DNA of 64,000 nucleotides from an uncultured Alphaproteobacteria bacterium (GTDB lineage Bacteria; Pseudomonadota; Alphaproteobacteria; Rs-D84; CACZYB01): NCBI GenBank assembly GCA_944390685.1, contig CALXQL010000016.1, positions 17,408 to 81,407 of the forward strand, read 5' to 3'. Shown piece by piece: positions 55,958 to 64,000 of this stretch (position 1 is its first letter; each line of letters starts with the position of its first letter). The notes under the pieces were generated by a model. It saw only the letters and a program-made list of their open reading frames with translations, ran no database searches and was not told where the DNA came from. The position numbers and the translations under genes were made by a program.

Positions 55958-58900
55958 ATGAGTTTTTCTTCCTTTTTCATTAAAAGACCTAGGTTTGCAA
56001 TAGTTATTGCTTTGGTGATGGTGTTATTTGGAATTATGGCTATTGCTGTTTTGCCTGTATCTCAATATCCACATATTACTCCGCCTCAAATAGTTGTGAA
56101 AGCCGTATATCCAGGAGCAAATGCAAAAGTGTTGCAAGATATGGTTGCGATACCTATTGAAAATGCTGTTAATGGTGTTGATGATATGCTTTATATGTCT
56201 TCTACAAGTGATGATAATGGCATTTATACTTTGACTATTACTTTCAATATTGGTGTTGATCCAGATATGGCTCAAGTTAAAGTCCAAAATAGATTGCAAG
56301 AGGTAAATTCTATACTTCCAGAAGTTGTAAATAAACAAGGGTTATCAGTAAAAACTCAATCAGCAAATATTTTGGGTATGTTGGTTCTTCGTTCTCCTAA
56401 TAATACTTATGATAATCTTTATTTAAGTAATTTTGCATATACTGATATTGTTAATCCTTTGGCAAGAGTTCCAGGGGTAAGTGAGGTGAATGTTTATGGA
56501 CCTCAATATAGTATTAGAGTTTGGTTAAATCCTAATAAAATGGCTTCAATGGGACTTAATAGTCAAGATGTTGTTAATGCAATTTCTCAACAAAACATAC
56601 AAGCTTCTTTGGGAAGTATTGGTTCCGCACCTTCTTCAAATAATACAGAATTGGTTTTAAGTTTAACTTCAAAGGGGCTTTTATCTTCAATAGAGGATTT
56701 TGAAAATATCATTGTTGCAGTTGGTGATGGTGGAGCAATAGTAAAACTTAAAGATATTGCAAAAGTTTCAATCGGTGCAGATAGTTATAATTTAGATGCT
56801 AGTTTTGATAATGCTCCGGCGGTGATTTTGGGATTGAGCCAGGCACCGGGAACTAATAGTCTTGATATTATGAAAAATGTCAATAAAACTATGAGGGAAT
56901 TGGAAAAATCTTTTCCTGATGATATGGAATTTAAAATTGCCTATGATTCAACTAAATATGTTAGAGCATCTATTGAAAGTATTATTTCCACTTTGATTTT
57001 AACTTTTGTTTTGGTTGTTTTAGTGGTCTTTATTTTCATTCAAAATATTTATGCAGTGTTAATTCCAACTATTACAATACCGGTATCTTTGATTACAACA
57101 TTTGCGGTTTTATATTTAATTGGATTTGATATAAATATTATTACCTTGTTTGCTTTAATTCTTGCAATTGGATTGGTCGTAGATGATGCGATTGTTGTTG
57201 TGGAAAGAGTCCAATATTTAATGAAAGAAAAAAATATGGATTCATATGAAGCATCTGAAGTTGCTATGGAAGAAATTAGTGGTGCGGTGGTGGCAACTAC
57301 TTTGGTATTATTAGCAATATTTATTCCAGTAGGTTTGATGGCTGGATTAACAGGTGAAATTTATAAACAATTTGCCGTAACTATTTCTGTTGCTGTTTCT
57401 TTTTCTTCGGTTAATGCATTGACTTTGAGTCCTGCTTTATGTGCAATATTTCTTAAAAAAGGAAAAGAAAATAAAATTGATATATGGGTGCAAAAACATT
57501 TTAATTGGTTTAATAATTCCCTTGAATTTGTTAAAAGTAAGTATTTGTTAATTGTATCTTTTTTGTGTAAAAAATTAAAACTATCTTTTGTAATTTTAAT
57601 ATGTGTTGTTATTTTTATTATGGGTCTTTTTTATATTACTCCTACTTCATTTATTCCAGAAGAAGATCAAGGAATTATTTTTGCAAATGTGCAATTGGCA
57701 GATACTGATAGTATTAACAAAACAAAAAGCGTTTTAAATGATATTGGTGAAAAAGTTTTGACATTTGATGGGGTGGATTATTTCATTGGTGTTGCAGGTA
57801 GTTCTTTATTAGGTGCAGGTGGCGAAAATATTGGAATGGGTGTGGTAGGACTTAGCAATTGGAATGAAAGAACTTCAAAATCATTATCTCTTCAAAGTTT
57901 ATTAAATAAAATGAGAAGTGAATTTGTTGGTTATAAAAATGCTACTATTGATTTTTATTCTTTACCAGCAATACCAGGGGTAGGTAATAGTAGCGGTGTA
58001 TCTTTCCAACTTAATTTAATAAATCAATCTTTATCCGCAAATGATTTATTTGATGCAATGCAAAAGTTATTAGTTGATATAAATAATTCTCCGTTATTTG
58101 TATTTGCTTTTTCTCAATTTGTATCTGGAACTCCTCATATTTATTTAGATATTGATAGGGTAAAACTTTCTTCTCTTGGTGTGCCTTTATCATCATTTTT
58201 TCAAGTATTGAATACTAATTTAGGTTCATCTTATGTGAATAATATTGTGCTTTTAGGTCAAGTCAATAAAGTCATTGTTCAAGCAGAAGAACAATATAGA
58301 AAATCATTTGATGATATTAAAAATCTTTATATAAAAACAATTAATAATAATTTTGTTCAAGTTAAAAATTTTGCAGATTTATCATTTGTTTTAAGTCCAA
58401 AAATTTATTATAGATTTAATCAATATTTAAGTGCTCCTATAAGTGTCGAAGCTAAACAAAATATAAGTAGTGGAACAGCCATAAATGAAATTAAAAATAT
58501 GGCATCAAAACTGGGAAAAGATTTTTCCATTTCATGGACGGGATTAAGTTTGCAAGAAGTGGAAACTCAAGGTTTGATTATATTACTTATATCTCTTGCT
58601 TTAATATTTGGGTATTTGTTTTTGGTTGCTTTGTATGAAAGTTTTTTAATTGCTTTTTCTGTTATGTTCTCAACTATATTTGCAATTATGGGGGCATTAT
58701 TGGGATTGTATGTTATGGGTCTTCCTTTGAGTATTTATGCTCAATTAGGTGTGGTATTACTTATTGGTCTTGCAAGTAAAAATGCAATTTTGATTGTGGA
58801 ATTTGCTTTGGATTATAGAAATAAAGGAAAAAGTATTTTTGATGCTTCAATTGCCGGTGCAAGTGAAAGATTTAGAGCGGTGCTTATGACTGCATTCACA

Positions 58901-59092
58901 TTTATTTTAGGTGTTATACCTATGGTTTTTGCAAAAGGTGCAGGAGCTGCAAGTCAAATATCCATTGGTGTCAGTGTATTTTTTGGTATGTTATTTGCTA
59001 CCATTGTTGGAATTCTTTTTATACCTTCATTATTTGCTATATTTGATAATTTAATACTTAAACTTTCAAAAAATAGAGGGGAAAATGAATAA
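55958..59092 (+). CDS. RND-family efflux permease (AcrB-like)
   Basis: 1044 aa with 12 TM segments and large periplasmic loops; lies between the MFP and OMF genes. Confidence 0.85.
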   Translation: MSFSSFFIKRPRFAIVIALVMVLFGIMAIAVLPVSQYPHITPPQIVVKAVYPGANAKVLQDMVAIPIENAVNGVDDMLYMSSTSDDNGIYTLTITFNIGVDPDMAQVKVQNRLQEVNSILPEVVNKQGLSVKTQSANILGMLVLRSPNNTYDNLYLSNFAYTDIVNPLARVPGVSEVNVYGPQYSIRVWLNPNKMASMGLNSQDVVNAISQQNIQASLGSIGSAPSSNNTELVLSLTSKGLLSSIEDFENIIVAVGDGGAIVKLKDIAKVSIGADSYNLDASFDNAPAVILGLSQAPGTNSLDIMKNVNKTMRELEKSFPDDMEFKIAYDSTKYVRASIESIISTLILTFVLVVLVVFIFIQNIYAVLIPTITIPVSLITTFAVLYLIGFDINIITLFALILAIGLVVDDAIVVVERVQYLMKEKNMDSYEASEVAMEEISGAVVATTLVLLAIFIPVGLMAGLTGEIYKQFAVTISVAVSFSSVNALTLSPALCAIFLKKGKENKIDIWVQKHFNWFNNSLEFVKSKYLLIVSFLCKKLKLSFVILICVVIFIMGLFYITPTSFIPEEDQGIIFANVQLADTDSINKTKSVLNDIGEKVLTFDGVDYFIGVAGSSLLGAGGENIGMGVVGLSNWNERTSKSLSLQSLLNKMRSEFVGYKNATIDFYSLPAIPGVGNSSGVSFQLNLINQSLSANDLFDAMQKLLVDINNSPLFVFAFSQFVSGTPHIYLDIDRVKLSSLGVPLSSFFQVLNTNLGSSYVNNIVLLGQVNKVIVQAEEQYRKSFDDIKNLYIKTINNNFVQVKNFADLSFVLSPKIYYRFNQYLSAPISVEAKQNISSGTAINEIKNMASKLGKDFSISWTGLSLQEVETQGLIILLISLALIFGYLFLVALYESFLIAFSVMFSTIFAIMGALLGLYVMGLPLSIYAQLGVVLLIGLASKNAILIVEFALDYRNKGKSIFDASIAGASERFRAVLMTAFTFILGVIPMVFAKGAGAASQISIGVSVFFGMLFATIVGILFIPSLFAIFDNLILKLSKNRGENE

Positions 59093-60506
59093 AAAGAAGT
59101 TTTTATTTTTTATATCTTTATTTATATTTTCTTGTTCGGTTGGACCTGATTATAAGAAAGTTGATATATTTTCAAATGATGAAATTCAAAAATCTTTGAA
59201 CCTTAAAAATGGTAATGTTAAAGATTTGCAAAATTTGATTTTTCAATTTAATGATCCTGTATTAAATCAATTGATAAAAGATGCTTTGATTAACAATAAT
59301 TCCATAAAAATTGCTGTGTTAAAATTACGACAAGCCAGAGATTTATTCAATATTACTTATAAAAATGGGTTTCCTACTTTTAATTTAATGGCTCAATATA
59401 ATTATGTAGATGAACCTAAAAATATGCAATATTTGATAAATAATGATTATTATCAATTTGGTATTGATATGAGTTGGGAAATTGATATTTTTGGTAAAAC
59501 AAGAAGACAAGCAGAAGCGTCAAAGGCTGAATATAGGGCTATGATTGAAAATTTAAAAAATGTTAATGTGTCTTTGATAAGTGAGGTTGCTTTACAATAT
59601 ATCAATTTAAGAATGGCTGAACAAAACCTTAAAAATATGCGAGAAAATCTTTTATTACAGCAAGATGCTTATGATATTTTAAGTGAAAAGTATGCTGTGG
59701 ATTTAGTAGATGAAGTCGCTCTTAATCAATCTAGATATTTGCTTGAAAATATGAAAATGCAAATTCCTTCTTTGGAATATCAAAGAGAAATTTATGCAAA
59801 TTCATTGGCTATATTGGTCGGAAAATTACCCGGTGAAATAGATGAACTTCTTAATTCCAATAATTCAAATTTGGTAAATAGAATATTTAATTATGATGTT
59901 AATAATCTTTATAATTTACAAGTAGATGTTATTAGAAATAGACCAGATGTAAAAATGGCTGAAGAAAAATTGATTGCTCAAAATGCAAATCTTGGAGTGG
60001 CAGTTGCAAATGTATATCCTTCTTTTAACATAAGTGCTTTTTTAGGTTTTCAATCTTTGCATTCTTCCAATTTATTTGATGAAGATAGTTTGGGGTATTC
60101 TATTGTGCCAGGTGTATTATTTCCTTTGTTTCATTTCTCACAACTTCGTAATAATATAAAATTGGAAGAAGGTAAAAAAGAGGAAGCTTTCATCAATTAT
60201 CAGCAAGTTTTATTATCTGCAATTGGTGATTTAAAAAATTCAATTGTGGCAGTTGAAAAAGAATATCAAAGAAATATATCCGCGGTTATGGCTTATCAAA
60301 AAATGAGTGAAGTTTCTTCTATCATGTGGGAAAAGTATCTAATGGGATTAGTTGAATATAGTGATGTTTTAAATTCAGAACAAAATAGATTAGAAGCTCA
60401 AACAAATATGATAAATTCTAATGCAAATATTTATAAAAGTATAATTGCTTTTTATAAAGCAATAGGGGGAGGTATTTATAATAATGGTGGAGAAAATATT
60501 GAATAA
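59085..60506 (+). CDS. outer-membrane efflux factor (TolC/OprM/NodT family lipoprotein)
   Basis: Lipobox IFSCS followed by GPDYKK (NodT-type), and two coiled-coil repeats; it overlaps the RND gene end. Confidence 0.75.
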   Translation: MNKKKFLFFISLFIFSCSVGPDYKKVDIFSNDEIQKSLNLKNGNVKDLQNLIFQFNDPVLNQLIKDALINNNSIKIAVLKLRQARDLFNITYKNGFPTFNLMAQYNYVDEPKNMQYLINNDYYQFGIDMSWEIDIFGKTRRQAEASKAEYRAMIENLKNVNVSLISEVALQYINLRMAEQNLKNMRENLLLQQDAYDILSEKYAVDLVDEVALNQSRYLLENMKMQIPSLEYQREIYANSLAILVGKLPGEIDELLNSNNSNLVNRIFNYDVNNLYNLQVDVIRNRPDVKMAEEKLIAQNANLGVAVANVYPSFNISAFLGFQSLHSSNLFDEDSLGYSIVPGVLFPLFHFSQLRNNIKLEEGKKEEAFINYQQVLLSAIGDLKNSIVAVEKEYQRNISAVMAYQKMSEVSSIMWEKYLMGLVEYSDVLNSEQNRLEAQTNMINSNANIYKSIIAFYKAIGGGIYNNGGENIE

Positions 60507-61389
60507 AAATATGTTAATTGGTTATGTGTATGCTTTATTTGCTGTTTTATTTTGGAGTTTTAATGTCGTGGTAGCAAGATTTTTTGTTAACACTTTATCT
60601 CCTTGGCAAATATCATTTTATCGTTGGTTTTTTGCATTTATCATTTTATTTCCTTTTGTGATTAAAAAAATTTATAGGGATTGGGATATAATTCTTCAAA
60701 ATTATAAAATAATTTTTTGGTTAAGTTTAAGTGGTATTGTGCTTATGAACACTTTTGCTTATTATGCGGGAAAGACTATTTCAGCGGTGGAGATGTCTTT
60801 AATTGGTGTTATGGGTCCTGTATTTATTGTTATTTTATCAAGAATATTTTTAAAAGAGTATCTTTCAAAATATCAAATTTTTGGAATCATTTTATCTTTT
60901 TTTGGTGTGGTTGTGCTTATTCTTCATGGTAATTTATTAAATATCTTTAATTTAAAATTAAGGGTAGGGGATTTTTATATGTTATTGTTGGCTTTGTCTT
61001 TTGCAATTTATAGCATAATTGGTAATTTTAAGCCAAAAAATTTATCGCATATTGTTTTATTATCTTCCACAATTTTTTTAGGGTTGATTATCATTTTCCC
61101 TTTATTTTTATATGAGAATTATTTTTATCCTATGAAAGGGTGTTCAATTACAACTTTTTTGGTTTTGTTAGGTATGGGGATTTTTAATTCTATTTTGGCT
61201 TATTTATTTTGGAATATTGCCATTTTGAAAATTGGAAATTTAAAGTCTAGTATGATTTATTATTTAATACCTATATTTAGTTCATTAGAGGCCTTTTTTA
61301 TTTTAGGAGAAAGACTTTATTTATCCCAACTTTATGGTGGAATATTGATTATTTTAGGTATTTTACTTACCAATAAAAGGAAAAGTTAA
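60484..61389 (+). CDS. EamA/DMT-superfamily transporter (10 TM)
   Basis: Two EamA-like halves, each with about 5 TM helices. Confidence 0.65.
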   Translation: MVEKILNKNMLIGYVYALFAVLFWSFNVVVARFFVNTLSPWQISFYRWFFAFIILFPFVIKKIYRDWDIILQNYKIIFWLSLSGIVLMNTFAYYAGKTISAVEMSLIGVMGPVFIVILSRIFLKEYLSKYQIFGIILSFFGVVVLILHGNLLNIFNLKLRVGDFYMLLLALSFAIYSIIGNFKPKNLSHIVLLSSTIFLGLIIIFPLFLYENYFYPMKGCSITTFLVLLGMGIFNSILAYLFWNIAILKIGNLKSSMIYYLIPIFSSLEAFFILGERLYLSQLYGGILIILGILLTNKRKS

Positions 61390-61952
61390 ATCTTATTATT
61401 ATTTTGGATTATTTGTTTTACTTCTTTTATACATGTTTCCAAGTCGTCATTGATTACATTATAATCATATAAAAAACGATCATTCATTTCTTCTTTTGCT
61501 ATTTTTAATCGTATTTCTGCATCGTGCATATTGGCTCCACGAAGTTTCATACGATGTTCCAATTCCTCCATTGATGGGGGAAGGATAAAAATTCCAACTA
61601 TATTATATATATTTTTATCTATATTTCTTTTTATATTCATATATCCTTGGATATCAAGTGTGATGAGAATGTTTTTATCATGTGGGATATCATCATAAAG
61701 AGATGTTTTTAAAATACCTTTATAGTCATTATAAACTTGTGCCCATTCAAAAAATTCATTATTATTTATTTTATTTTCAAATTCCTCACGTGAAAAAAAG
61801 TGATAATCAACTCCTTCTTTTTCATTTACTCTTGGAGGACGGGAAGTGGAGGTTATCACACGGGTAAGGTCAAGATTATCCTTTAACAATCTATCTACTA
61901 TTGTTGATTTTCCTGCATTTGTGGGGCCTGAAATTACAAAAATTGTCCTCAT
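61386..61952 (-). CDS. gmk: guanylate kinase
   Basis: ISGPTNAGKSTI P-loop, and SxTSRxPR motif (TSTSRPPR). Confidence 0.9.
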   Translation of the reverse strand: MRTIFVISGPTNAGKSTIVDRLLKDNLDLTRVITSTSRPPRVNEKEGVDYHFFSREEFENKINNNEFFEWAQVYNDYKGILKTSLYDDIPHDKNILITLDIQGYMNIKRNIDKNIYNIVGIFILPPSMEELEHRMKLRGANMHDAEIRLKIAKEEMNDRFLYDYNVINDDLETCIKEVKQIIQNNNKI

Positions 61953-62043
61953 ATAATTTCCTTTATTTTTTACTTGAATTTTTATTTTTATGATATATAA
62001 TACTATCTATTAAATTAAATGTCAAAAAAATAAAGGAATTATT

Positions 62044-62268
62044 ATGAAAACAGGTATTCATCCAAAATATAACGAATATGATGTTATTCTTACAACTGGT
62101 GAAGTTGTAAAAATGCGTTCTACATTAGAAAGAAAAGAACCTTTAAAATTAGATATTGATCCTAATACTCATCCTGCTTGGACTGGAAAAAGAAATGTTA
62201 ATGACATTGGTGGCGGTGCTGCGGATAAGTTTAAAAAGAAATTTGCTGGATTTACTTCCAAAAAATAA
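62044..62268 (+). CDS. rpmE: 50S ribosomal protein L31
   Basis: Starts MKTGIHPKYNE; 74 aa. Confidence 0.85.
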   Translation: MKTGIHPKYNEYDVILTTGEVVKMRSTLERKEPLKLDIDPNTHPAWTGKRNVNDIGGGAADKFKKKFAGFTSKK

Positions 62269-62311
62269 TTTTTTTCATTTATTATCTCTCCCCTTTTTAA
62301 AAGGGGATTTT

Positions 62312-63118
62312 TTATATCCCTATTATAAATATTTGATTTTCGTTTGCGGTTTTGATTGTTTCTTCTTTATCTTCGAAAATAGCGTTATTTCCTTCAATTG
62401 CAATACCTGAAAAATTATATAATTTTAAATTTTCAATTGTTTTTTTTCCAATAACGGGTAGGTCGGCACGACGTTCTTGATTTGGTTTTAGGATTTTTAT
62501 TAAAATACCACCTTTTATATTTCCTTTTATTTTATAAGCTCTTTTTATTAAATCATCGGTGCCCTTAAAGGTTTCCGTTGCAATGATTTTATTGTTTAAA
62601 AGTATTATTGATTGTCCTTTATCTGTATTTGCAAAATTTATTACATTTTGCCAATTATTCTTTATTTCATTTAATTGAGTATTTGTAGGTTTTGTCGTGG
62701 TTAAGATACCCTTTGGTATAAGATTTTCTTTTAATATATCGTCAATACCTATTACATTTATATTATTTTTTTCAAATTCATTTATCACTAATCTTAAAAT
62801 ACCATCGTATTTTTTCTTAATGAATAATAGTTTTGTAAAAAGTTTTATGAAATCAAATGTTAATTTGAATTTAGCGTTATGAATCCCACCAATTATCACA
62901 ATGTCATTTACATTATTGATTTTGAAAAAGTTTATAGCTTTTGATAATTCAGTTATATGTAATTCAATATATTTTTTTATGAATTTATCTTTTTTTATGA
63001 TTGGATTTGTTATGTTTTTTATTCCTATAACACACAAGTCTATATTATTTTTTTTTGCCCAATTTATTACTTTTATGGGTAAATTTTTATTACCTGCAAT
63101 CAATCCAAGTGTTTTCAT
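62312..63118 (-). CDS. lpxI: UDP-2,3-diacylglucosamine pyrophosphatase LpxI (DUF1009)
   Basis: N-terminus LGLIAGNKNLP and a length of 268 aa; lies immediately downstream of lpxA, as in lpxA-lpxI-lpxB clusters. Confidence 0.65.
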   Translation of the reverse strand: MKTLGLIAGNKNLPIKVINWAKKNNIDLCVIGIKNITNPIIKKDKFIKKYIELHITELSKAINFFKINNVNDIVIIGGIHNAKFKLTFDFIKLFTKLLFIKKKYDGILRLVINEFEKNNINVIGIDDILKENLIPKGILTTTKPTNTQLNEIKNNWQNVINFANTDKGQSIILLNNKIIATETFKGTDDLIKRAYKIKGNIKGGILIKILKPNQERRADLPVIGKKTIENLKLYNFSGIAIEGNNAIFEDKEETIKTANENQIFIIGI

Positions 63119-63124
63119 AAGATA

Positions 63125-63961
63125 TTAATTTTCTTCGTTTTGTTCTTTATTAAATCTTTGACGAGGTTTGCAAATGATTCGGCGTGATTTTGTTTCAATA
63201 AAATCAATTATTTGCATTGCAATGTCCGAATTTTCATATACTTTTTTTGCAGTGGCAACTCGTTCAGTCCAAATCAATTCATCGGACATAAATAAATCTT
63301 TATAAACTTCCTTTATTACCCTTATTTGTTCAGTAGTGAAGTGGTTTCGTTTTAAACCAACAAGATTCAATCCATCAAGACTTTGCGGATTTCCATCACT
63401 CATTGAAAAAGGTATAACATCTTGTGTTATTTTAGAACATCCACCAATTATTGCATATTGTCCAACACTACAGAATTGATGTATTGCAGAACAACCTCCA
63501 ATTACAGCATGTTCATATATAAATACTTCACCTCCCAATGTTGTAGCTTGGGATAAAAGAGCATAATCATGAACTTCGCAATCGTGTCCAATATGAGTAT
63601 GGCTCATTAAGAAAACATTATTACCAATCCAGGTTCCGCGTGGTCCATTTGGAGTGCCAGCATGTATATTGGTAAATTCCCTTATATCACAATTGTTTCC
63701 TATGGTTGTAGTGGTTGCTTGTTCCTCAGTCCATTTAAGATCATGTGATTTATTACCAATTACAACAAATTGATGAATTATATTATTATCACCGATTGTG
63801 GTTTTACCTTCAATTATTACATTTGATTTTAAGCGATTATTTTTTCCAATTTTTACATTTGGACCGATTATACACCATGGGCCGATTGTGGTGCCTTCAC
63901 CAATTATTGCATGTTCATCAACAAAAGATGTTGGGTGAATTTCTACATTTTTCCAAGTCAT
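63125..63961 (-). CDS. lpxA: acyl-ACP--UDP-N-acetylglucosamine O-acyltransferase
   Basis: IHPTSFVDEHAIIGEGTTIGPWCIIGPNVKIG hexapeptide LbH followed by a C-terminal helical domain; 278 aa. Confidence 0.85.
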   Translation of the reverse strand: MTWKNVEIHPTSFVDEHAIIGEGTTIGPWCIIGPNVKIGKNNRLKSNVIIEGKTTIGDNNIIHQFVVIGNKSHDLKWTEEQATTTTIGNNCDIREFTNIHAGTPNGPRGTWIGNNVFLMSHTHIGHDCEVHDYALLSQATTLGGEVFIYEHAVIGGCSAIHQFCSVGQYAIIGGCSKITQDVIPFSMSDGNPQSLDGLNLVGLKRNHFTTEQIRVIKEVYKDLFMSDELIWTERVATAKKVYENSDIAMQIIDFIETKSRRIICKPRQRFNKEQNEEN

Positions 63962-64000
63962 ATATTTTTCCTTATTTTTTATTGATTATACCTTTATTTG

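Noticed and set aside
1-64000. Search for transposases, integrases, phage or toxin-antitoxin genes
   Set aside because: I did not recognise DDE, tyrosine or serine recombinase motifs, phage structural genes or TA pairs in any ORF. The accessory regions appear to be islands without resident mobility genes in this window.

Overview
This is a very AT-rich bacterial chromosomal window with Gram-negative character: it carries LPS lipid-A genes (lpxA, lpxI), two AcrAB-type RND efflux systems and OmpA/OMP genes. Housekeeping gene order (rpmF-plsX-fabH-ihfA-merR and lpxA-lpxI) is of the kind seen in Alphaproteobacteria, but that is an inference. Most of the window is conserved core genes read with high confidence: glmS, gmd, leuS, ftsY, miaA, tkt, rnhA, mrcA, murA, nrdR, xseA, tsaD, secG, thyX, pgk, galE, gmk, rpmE and four tRNAs. 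Three accessory features stand out. First, a sugar-nucleotide/glycosyltransferase island (about 1.8-11.7 kb) ends at tRNA-Arg and tRNA-Leu, which is followed by 139-bp tandem repeats carrying copies of the tRNA 3' end. Second, there is a dispersed family of four paralogous lipoprotein genes, each preceded by the same ~170-bp promoter/operator element, with two extra orphan copies of that element. Two family members carry a poly-G tract (10 G and 7 G) just after the lipobox cysteine; both are out of frame here and loss of one G would restore the full reading frame, the signature of slipped-strand phase variation. Third, one lipoprotein locus lies directly downstream of an outer-membrane protein with an N-terminal TPR-like helical region and a C-terminal beta-barrel ending in Phe, the architecture of Slam (surface lipoprotein assembly modulator, DUF560) proteins. 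This suggests a Slam-plus-phase-variable-surface-lipoprotein system, and that locus sits between a truncated HAD-hydrolase gene and tRNA-Ser. I see no transposase, integrase or CRISPR array. All calls were made by eye from sequence motifs and the six-frame ORF track, with no database searches.
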